From positions 250,202 to 314,201 of the forward strand of contig MU619253.1 of NCBI GenBank assembly GCA_025201805.1: a stretch of DNA of 64,000 nt. Reading direction: 5' to 3'. The DNA is from Parasitella parasitica NRRL 2501 (lineage: Eukaryota > Fungi > Mucoromycota). Positions 39,786 through 48,166 of the stretch are shown in pieces (the stretch's first letter is position 1; the number at the start of each line of letters is the position of its first letter). The position numbers and the translations under genes are program-made. Below the pieces are notes generated by a model. That model did no database searches, was not told the DNA's origin, and saw only the letters and a list, made by a program, of their open reading frames with translations.

Positions 39786-40424
39786 ATGAGCCAGCCTGTT
39801 AATGGCATCTCCTTTATCAACAAGGATGAGTGCCCAGAGCCCGATTTATTTCAAGGATCAAAACCTAACTCTATCATCATTGCAGAATTTGAGTTCTCAG
39901 GTCTCCGGTTTCGACAAGAAGGTCCGACTAGCTTTCTTGGTATCCTTCGAAATCAATTCCCTCTTGGAAAAGTTATAATAAAGCTCCCTATAACAAATGT
40001 CAAAGAGCAGCCAAGAACAACAAAAATGTATATCGAAATAGGCTTTGAAGATGAATACTCTCGGGATCAGGCTCTGTCAAAACCCTTCTCTGTTCAAAAG
40101 CGGCTCATCAAAATGCACAAAACGATATTGCTGTCGAATCGAAAGGTTTATAAAGTTTATATAGAGAACATTGAACAAATTGGATTTCCAGTTTCATACA
40201 AAGGAGAGGTTCGCACATACTTGAAAAAGTTTGGTGACGTTGAAGATGTCCATCTTCACTACACGAGAGATGGTAACTGGTTTACAGGCGAAGGCTGTGC
40301 CATTATAGCTATCTCTTCTGACAAAATCCAGCAAATCCAGCAGCATCCAAAACTTACCTTTATGTTCACGGAATACCCTATAAATGGCCAATTCTTCCGA
40401 TATGATTCCCCAAATGTAAAATAA
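39786..40424 (+). CDS. Tandem paralog 3 of 3; LINE ORF1-like tandem RRM-type protein, intronless
   Basis: 212-aa ORF; PNSIII, LRNQFPLG, YIEIGFEDE, KFGDVEDVHLHYTRDGNWFTGEGCAII, HPKLT. Confidence 0.82.
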   Translation: MSQPVNGISFINKDECPEPDLFQGSKPNSIIIAEFEFSGLRFRQEGPTSFLGILRNQFPLGKVIIKLPITNVKEQPRTTKMYIEIGFEDEYSRDQALSKPFSVQKRLIKMHKTILLSNRKVYKVYIENIEQIGFPVSYKGEVRTYLKKFGDVEDVHLHYTRDGNWFTGEGCAIIAISSDKIQQIQQHPKLTFMFTEYPINGQFFRYDSPNVK

Positions 40425-40619
40425 TTACACAAACAAATAATCAGCTTCAAGCACTATATGCTATCCTTTATATGACTCAAAGGCGCCTACTAGCTTATGC
40501 ATACATATCATTCCTTTCTTATGCCACTTTTTTATGAATAAAAATCCAAAACTTTCGTTTACATAACACCTCGGACTTTGACCTTAAGAAGAGTGTTGAA
40601 TACTGTAGAGTGGGGTTTT

Positions 40620-41304
40620 GGATATTTTTCATTATTCCCTAAGCGTGGATTAAAACTAGAGATGTATAAAAGTTGATGATCAGAATTTGAAGGGCATATT
40701 TGGTACAGCTTTGAAAAAAGAAGATGATAAAATACTCTACTCCTATACACAAAGGTGCTTCTTTAACCTATTTGATTTTAGAAAGTTAAGAGTTTAGAAT
40801 GAAGTACCTAAAAACTCTGTGAAAACCTGTCCACAGGAAAAACATGAGAAACTCTTTTTTTTTACAGTTTTCAAGAACTGTAGAGCCTTCCTCAAGAAAA
40901 ATTTAAAATGTTTTTGAATGGAATATATACTGACGGATATACCTGTCAACTTCTTTTTGTCGTAAAGCTAAACAGTTCTTACCAATTGATGATATTCCAT
41001 TGCAACTTGAAGTTTTGAATTATGATAAGTAGAAAAGTATTTTCGACCATGCACGCTTGATCCAGGGAGGAAGGATGTCTTTGTCTCTTACCATGGAAAT
41101 ACCGATATTAGACGCTTATCAAACGCCGAATACTACAACATGGATGGAAATAAAAACAGAACAAGACCAAAAAAGCAGCCGAATATAGAAGAGATCGAAA
41201 CGCATACACTTACTCCTAAAACGGCTTCTGCTGAAAGATACATAGTATGCATACTGTGGAATCGGTATAAATTGTTATATGGATTCACGAAAAAAAAACT
41301 ATAA
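40620..41304 (+). pseudogene. Fanzor1 (eukaryotic TnpB-like nuclease) relic, WED to RuvC-I region
   Basis: Frameshifted pieces FSLFP, CIKVDDQNLKGIF, FFNLFDFRKL, putative intron 40804-40867, MFLNGIYTDGYTC (TDG 40929-40937); open frame 41029-41304 VEKYFRPCTLDPGRKDVFVSYHGNTDIRRLSNAEYYNMDG...IEEIETHTLTPKTASAERY (DPG 41059-41067). Confidence 0.82.
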
Positions 41305-41645
41305 TAAAAAAACAATAATGTCAACTTGATAAAGGTATAGGTTTTTATTATCAAATCGACAGGTGTATAAAGCTCCAGTTCATCTACTGGCCAGGTAGAT
41401 GAACCTTTATATTAAACTGTGGGTAAATGTTCTACTCTCGTAATTTAACATGTACGACAATACTGCGTAACTAGCACCTTAGCTTTGTGCTAACTAACAT
41501 ATCAGCAGACTCAAGATAACTTAAATCTATTTGAGTGAGGAGATAGACTTTACTCGAGGTACCCTGATCAATCTTCTATGCGAAGATTGTTAATATCGAT
41601 CCATAAGCGTATATCATTTCTTGTGTAGTCTTATCCAGTCTACAT

Positions 41646-42105
41646 TAATAGTACATACCTGAGTGTATATCACTTGGTATTCATCTTAGCATATATCGGT
41701 ATATGTAGCATGTCTATAGCATGTCATAAGCATATCTATAGCATTGCACATATTGTACAAGTCTGTAGTACATAATGTATCTGTAGCTAGTATCATGGAT
41801 ATAAGTATATGTCCTATAGTGCGTATCTAGGAACTGGGGATACGCATCTGAAGCATAAATCTTATATAGCATAAGCCCGTAGCATATACTAGATTTAGTA
41901 AATGTCTAAGGCTCGTGTCGAGATATAAGTATCAGTTTATAGCGTCATCCATCCTAATGGTGCCATCTCTAGCTTACATCTTACATAGTATAAATCTGTA
42001 TTGCACATCTTATTATCTGTGCGCATATGTAGTCTATATCAATTTAAGGTAACTGGATGAATCTAGAAGTGGAATGAAGATCATCATAGTGTATGTATTT
42101 CACAC
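41646..42105 (+). repeat. Left arm of 460-bp inverted repeat
   Basis: Reverse complement of 42552-43011 with about 10 mismatches by manual comparison. Confidence 0.97.
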
Positions 42106-42550
42106 ATACAGTAAATTCTTCAATATTTGGAAACTTTTCTTGATTTTTACGGCCCTGAAACATCAAGAATAAAGTGGTCTAACTATGTGGCATCTCAAAA
42201 AAGAATTGAAAATAGACATGGCATAAATGCTATTGCTCATTGTTCTAAAATTATCATGTTACACAATAGATCACACAAAGGGATGAATTTGAAACGTCAA
42301 AGGTAAGCATGACAATGTTTATATTCTCTGCTCTTTAAGCAAAACTTCTTTCGTAAATATGCGATGTTGTGTGAAATTACTAGTAAAAAATATATAAAAA
42401 AATACTTTTTAAAACTGTTATTTATTTTTTAGATGAAGATCATCAAAATGTCATTTAAAAGCTATCTTTATACTAATTTTCCAAGGGTAAATGATTATGG
42501 ATATGAACCAAAATTATATTGGATTATTCATCCAGGACGTCTTGGCAGCA
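42103..42550 (+). pseudogene. Fanzor1-like relic (post-RuvC-I helices, possible RuvC-III remnant) forming the loop of the inverted repeat
   Basis: HIQ*ILQYLETFLDFYGPETSRIKWSNYVASQKRIE at 42103-42210; GT-AG intron-like 42303-42432; QDVLAA at 42533-42550 resembling RDVxAA. Confidence 0.6.
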
Positions 42551-42551
42551 A

Positions 42552-43011
42552 GTGTGAAATACATTCACTATGATGATCTGCATTCCACTTCTAGACTCAT
42601 CCAGTTACCTTAAATTGATATAGACTACATATGCGCACAGATAATAAGATGTGCAATACAGATTTATACTATGTAAGATGTAAGCTAGAGATGGCACCAT
42701 TAGGATGGATGACGCTATAAACTGATACTTATATATCGACACGAGCCTTAGACATTTACTAAATCTAGTATATGCTACGGGCTTATGCTATATAAGATTT
42801 ATGCTTCAGATGCGTATCCCCAGTTCCTAGATACGCACTATAGGACATATACTTATATCCATGATACTAGCTACAGATACATTATGTACTACAGACTTGT
42901 ACAATATGTGCAATGCTATAGATATGCTTATGACATGCTATAGACATGCTACATATACCGATATATGCTGAGATGGATATCAAGTGATATACACTCAGAC
43001 ATGTACTGTTA
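42552..43011 (-). repeat. Right arm of 460-bp inverted repeat
   Basis: Reverse complement of 41646-42105. Confidence 0.97.
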
Positions 43012-43205
43012 TATCAATAACATAGCAAGGTCTCACATCAGGATCTCAGATCAGTCCCAGGGTCTTACAGTAAATCATGGGTAGTCATGCAGCTAGACAG
43101 TGGAACCCTAGTGTAATGAATGTGTATATAATACACCGAGAGATGTATTATGAATAAAAGTGTAAATCTTTGGCAGATTTATTTTATCAGACTTCTGACA
43201 TAACA
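43007..43205 (+). mobile_element. Short LTR-like unit (about 199 bp)
   Basis: Starts TGTTATATCA, ends TGACATAACA (10-bp terminal inverted match, 1 mismatch); internal TATATAA and AATAAA; no target-site duplication visible. Confidence 0.55.
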
Positions 43206-43276
43206 CTGTGGAGCATTACATGGTTTATGATTATGCAATGCTTGAGTACGCATGAATCACATGTGATCTACACGCT

Positions 43277-43854
43277 GACATAATCTCGAACTGTGTTTTT
43301 GTGGATGAAAGTGGCTTCGATATGAATATACGTCCACCTTCAGCTTGGTCAACAGTTGGCACGCCAGCGATTGCTGAAACCAAGTCAACTAAAGCAGCGT
43401 CTTACACCATACTGGGAGCCATCAGTGCACACGGGGTAGTCAATATTGAGCTCAGAGTAGCAACAAAGCCCAAATAACGTAAAAGCAGACACCAAATCCC
43501 AAACAAAGAAAGGGTAAGGCTTTAGATGAAGTGGAAAAAACCCCTTTTATGAGTGGGTTTTATATTGTTATGGATAATTCACCTATTCAGACGAGCAAAG
43601 ATATCGATTAATTGATCATTTCTAGGGGCTATAGAAGCACACATCTTTTACCCTATCCTACCGAGCTCAATCCAGTTGAGCAGTTTTGGTCTGTTGTCAA
43701 AAACAAAGTTTAGGGAGGGGGTTTTTCTGATGATGAGAATCTCAAAACAAAAATTGCAGCAACCTGTAACAATGTTCCTATTCAGCATTTGAGAGCTTTT
43801 ATACAACACTCTTGCAATCAATTCGATAAGAGTAGAAATAAAAAACACATCTAA
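43277..43854 (+). pseudogene. Tc1/IS630 (DDE_3) transposase pseudogene, catalytic domain
   Basis: NCVFVDESGFDMNIRPPSAWSTVGTPA..TILGAISAHGVV, YIVMDN (43570), PYPTELNPVEQFWSVVKNKV; internal stops, frameshifts and deletions. Confidence 0.9.
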
Positions 43855-44203
43855 TTTATAAGTTTTAGTTGATATTACAAAATAACCGCAATTTAATTTC
43901 ACAGAAGACTGCACGTTCACTGTACCGTATACCATCGCTACATCAATTTGGAGAGGCGATGGACGTCCCAAAGTCTTCACAAGACAAAGGGCCATCTCGA
44001 ATTTGGTTGGCACATCCCATCCCGATGGGGCGTGTCGAGACAAGTTCAGAAAGGCTTCTTTTCTTGCAAGTCGACCTAATTCTCGTTCCTCTGTATTCCA
44101 AGTTAGTTTCTTCGACTGTATTAATCTTGTTTTACTTAATGAACCACCACTATAATACCTCGATTGACAAACGACAGCGTTTAAATGCATATTAATCCTT
44201 ACA

Positions 44204-44262
<59 letters not shown>

Positions 44263-44746
44263 NNNNNNNNNNTATATGTCATGCAGCCCTTAAATATCTC
44301 TCTGATTGAGGTTGGTCTCAAGGTAAACAGGTATAGCTATAGCTTTGTAAAAACAAAATTATTTCATACAACAATGCTCCCTATTAATGAAATGTACATC
44401 ATGGTTCGTATCATGTGCGCAATGATAACATAACCATAAAACATAACGCGATGTCAACCTGATTTCATAACTTCTTAGTCTTTCTCATCAGTGCATATAT
44501 GAAAGGGATATAAAATTTCTTATTTTGTTCTGTCACATTAATGCTGCAAAGCAGGGTTCAATGAGCTCATTCAAATCACAAGACAGCTACAGAGTACTGT
44601 GCACGGTTATGAAGACAATGAGTGAAATAGATGTACTAGGATCAACCATTGAAGCTACGGACCATTGAATCAGGTCAAAAAGTATAAATACAAGTGCCAA
44701 GCCATGCAAGTATATGTCTCCCTTGGTCTACTTTAAACACAAAAAA

Positions 44747-46597
44747 ATGTCAGATTCACTTCAAAATTGGAGCAACATCCCGACCGAACTTCTGCAGCGT
44801 ATCTTTCGTGTATATGAGCAATCAGATTGGAAAAATGCAAGAGGTACACTTTATGAATGTCAACTTGTCTGCAAGGTCTGGTCAAAAGCCTCTCAAGCTG
44901 AACTTTACAGAACTGTGTACCTGCCAGCAGCCGATATTGGTAGCTTTGTTTCGACACTTGAGGCCTGTGATCCAGGTCTTGGTCAGAACGTCAAGAGTGT
45001 CCAGTTTCGCCCAGTATGTAATCTCCAAGAGCAAGCTAATCTTGAACCTTCTGATGAAGTATTCCAACACCTTGATATCATTTTGCAACATTGTCCAAAC
45101 ATTGAAAGAATCACTAGCACAATGATCGCTGAACGAAAGTTCATTATGAAAACTCTTGGAACAACAAAACTTCAGCACTTGAGGCAATTCCCGTTTCCAC
45201 AAGACCGTTATTTGCTAGCTTTGAGTAGAGGTCACTATGCTTCTCTTGCTTTGAATCACGAGCATTCTTTTACTGAGCTTTCGTTGGTTGCTGGCTCCCG
45301 AGAACCGATCTTTACCAAGTTGATGCAACGCTTGCCAGATTTCAAAATGTTAAAGCGGTTAAAGCTTTATGGCTCTTCTCAACTCCCCTTTAGTATAAAC
45401 GATTTGGACAACCTTTTAAACATGCTTACACCCATAGATCGCAGCTTGGAAATTGTAATTCATGATCTTTCAATCAGCCCAGACCGCACACCTGAAGTTA
45501 TTTCAAACAACAACATAACAACGCTTCGAATTAGCAATTCCCAGCTTTCTGCTTATCCAATTGCTTATTTGGAAAAGAAGCTAAAAGGATTGAAAAAGTT
45601 AGAAGTGATCACCAGAACTACAATCTTTCCTCGATCACAAACAGAAGAGCAGTATACTGAATGGTGGAACTGCATGAAAGATCTTTGCCAGCGTCTTGAC
45701 TATTATAATATCAGCATTGACGGACACGAAGACCACTTGCGTGAACTAGAGTGCTGGATTGGCCTTATGAATGCATCCCCAAAGCACGATCAGGAACAAA
45801 AAGCTGGTCCAATTGAATTTGTCATGCATGTTAACCGTTCAGATACCACCAAAAAGGCCCATGCTGTCCAAATGAAGAAAGGCGGTTCTTGTGTGAATCT
45901 TTTCCGGTCTTGCAGCAGTTTTACTATGGCTCTTGACCACATATTTAGACATGTACAATCATTGTCGCCCAATACCATCAAGCTATTGGGTGTAAACGCG
46001 TCTTCACAGAAAGACCTGGCATTTGAGAGGGAGAATGTTGAAGGCAAGAGCTTGGAGGCCTTTAACCATGTCATTTCTCTTACCAGCAAACATCCCGCAC
46101 CTGTAATACACCTGGATAGAATGATTCTCCTCGCCCCATTGCTCACTTTGCAGATGAAACAGCCAAGAGTCCGTGAATTGAAGTTTACAAACTCTGTTTT
46201 CGATTCCACTACATTCAGCACAATGTCGCCGCAACTACCAGAAATTGACACATTGATCTTTAAAGGCTGTTTTGTTAAGCATGATTCTCACGCCCGGTTC
46301 GATATCGAGATCCCAGAAACCAAATTAGGCCACTTGGAGTTAGACTTGAGCCATATCGACGATAAACGCCCTATTGGGAACCTTAAGATTCATTTATTCA
46401 CTGCAAGTGAAGAGAAAATAATTTACAGGTACATTGAGGGCGTTAGAACCCGCCAAGAAACTGAAACTAGCGCCAATGCCAAATCTCTCTTCTGCGTTGT
46501 TATCAAATGCAAAGAATTGAAAAGTTGGGAAGTTTCTGGCATTAAACTTGATCACAACCAACAGTGGAAAAACATAGTAAAGAGTCTCCGCCACTAA
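44747..46597 (+). CDS. F-box protein with LRR/RNI-like C-terminus, intronless
   Basis: WSNIPTELLQRIF...LYECQLVCKVWSKASQAELY; HCPNIERI; TATA at 44683 and A-rich context favour ATG 44747 over 44714. Confidence 0.88.
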   Translation: MSDSLQNWSNIPTELLQRIFRVYEQSDWKNARGTLYECQLVCKVWSKASQAELYRTVYLPAADIGSFVSTLEACDPGLGQNVKSVQFRPVCNLQEQANLEPSDEVFQHLDIILQHCPNIERITSTMIAERKFIMKTLGTTKLQHLRQFPFPQDRYLLALSRGHYASLALNHEHSFTELSLVAGSREPIFTKLMQRLPDFKMLKRLKLYGSSQLPFSINDLDNLLNMLTPIDRSLEIVIHDLSISPDRTPEVISNNNITTLRISNSQLSAYPIAYLEKKLKGLKKLEVITRTTIFPRSQTEEQYTEWWNCMKDLCQRLDYYNISIDGHEDHLRELECWIGLMNASPKHDQEQKAGPIEFVMHVNRSDTTKKAHAVQMKKGGSCVNLFRSCSSFTMALDHIFRHVQSLSPNTIKLLGVNASSQKDLAFERENVEGKSLEAFNHVISLTSKHPAPVIHLDRMILLAPLLTLQMKQPRVRELKFTNSVFDSTTFSTMSPQLPEIDTLIFKGCFVKHDSHARFDIEIPETKLGHLELDLSHIDDKRPIGNLKIHLFTASEEKIIYRYIEGVRTRQETETSANAKSLFCVVIKCKELKSWEVSGIKLDHNQQWKNIVKSLRH

Positions 46598-46950
46598 ACC
46601 TATGCAACTAACTTTACCTTACATGTCCTTCATTAACGTATGACCCAAATATATGCCCTGGAATCCGTTCCTTAACCTGTATGCCCCGAATACACTCCTT
46701 TATACATTTGATAATCAGACGCATTTTCCATACAAATAAGTCTCTCTTCTATGAATAAAAACCTATATGCAAACACATACGGACATGTTGTAATATTGTA
46801 ACGGTATATCAAGCTAAATTCCGTTACTTTTTATAAACAATTTATAAATGGGAATGTCACTTACCCAATAGTATTAAAAGGTCAATGCCATAGATGCAGC
46901 GCTCGATTAATATTGAATTATCTCCACGTTTTATATTTGTTTACTAACCT

Positions 46951-47250
46951 TCAAAGAGTATTGCCTCCATCGAAAGGCGAGCCCAGTATCTGTTTTCTGT
47001 ACAAAAAAGATAGGGCTACATTGTTGAATTGCGTGCGCTTGGCAGTGGTGGGGTTTGGGTCGAAGCAGGGGAATTTTACACCAGACAAAAGACAACCAAG
47101 GCCAGCAAGTCTAATTGCAAATGCTGAGACTTGATCGCGGCTCATTGTCTTGAAATCATTGGCACTCCAGTAATCTGCTTTCTCTTTGGATATCTGGACT
47201 TTGCTTCAATGACCACTGGATGGCTTTAGAAACGAAGCTGGAGGATTGAT
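46951..47250 (-). pseudogene. Fanzor/TnpB-like C-terminal relic (RuvC-III region)
   Basis: SHPVVI...KQITG then MSRDQVSAFAIRLAGLGCLLSGVKFPCFDP...GNTL*; RD..SA.AI is the RuvC-III-type motif; the zinc-finger CxxC appears deleted. Confidence 0.68.
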
Positions 47251-48166
47251 GATAGTTGAGCCTGCAACATAACATTCTAACTGTATTTTTTTGAACATCA
47301 TGTTTGGCGGCAGGCGTACAATAAAGCTAAGAAAAGAAAACCTTCTAGTTTTGGATGGGAGGTTGTGTTTGCAGCCAGTTTTTACCTTTGTTGGTCCAAA
47401 TTCTCAATTCATCAATCTACCGTATCCCTAGCCTGCCAAAGCAAGCTGTAGCTGCAATTTCAGGAATCGCTGGCTTGTTTTCAATGTTTGGATTATGTCT
47501 CGTTGTTGTCTTGTCTTGTCTTTAGTCACCGATTTTCCTGATGTAACTGAAAATACATTGCATTTGGCAGGGAACTGTGGTCAGAGTTATGCCCCACTTT
47601 TTGGTTATAATTATTGTTGAGTGCATGCATCATGAAAGTAAATTGGCTGTTCAAGTGCTGATTTGTCCGCAAGACTCACGACTGATCTGACATTTGTTCT
47701 TCTTCATCATTAATAGTGGTTGATATGTATTGTTTTTTAATAGAATAAATCGAAAATGTGAAGGTTTATACATGATTTCTAACTTCAGGGCTCTAACAAT
47801 AACGAGATTTCGTGGCAAGTCAGGATTTCAGTTTTTACCTTCTGAATTTGGAAGAAATAAAATATTTTTTTTTAGTTGTAATACTGTGCAGGACCCTAGA
47901 TCTGCTACACCTACTTTACTTTATGTTAATTGTTTCCCTGATCTGTTTCTTATTGGCCTTTCTTTATTATTATATTCACAAATGCAAGTTTAGCAAAAAA
48001 AAAAAGCAATTATTGAGGTCAGGTTTGTTCCATCAAGCTAAATAAAGTGTAGCTATAATTCTTGACTTGAGATGAATAAATTGTATCAGGAATTCTATCA
48101 ATGCACATATACGGCAAGCAATAAAAAGCGGTATGTATTGATACAAGGTAACGTAGGTATTGTCAA

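Noticed and set aside
41646-43011. CRISPR-like array interpretation of the short recurring units
   Set aside because: Units are degenerate and contiguous with no constant repeat and unique spacer pattern; eukaryotic context and no cas genes
43648-44195. Overlapping 180-aa (-) and 108-aa (+) ORFs
   Set aside because: The minus ORF is partly the antisense of the Tc1 relic; neither has a recognisable motif or credible start
44206-44272. Long poly-T/poly-A tracts as retroposon tails (also 12864, 50395, 54026, 56350)
   Set aside because: Most abut N gaps, so their lengths are unreliable; homopolymers are common genome-wide and no TSDs are evident
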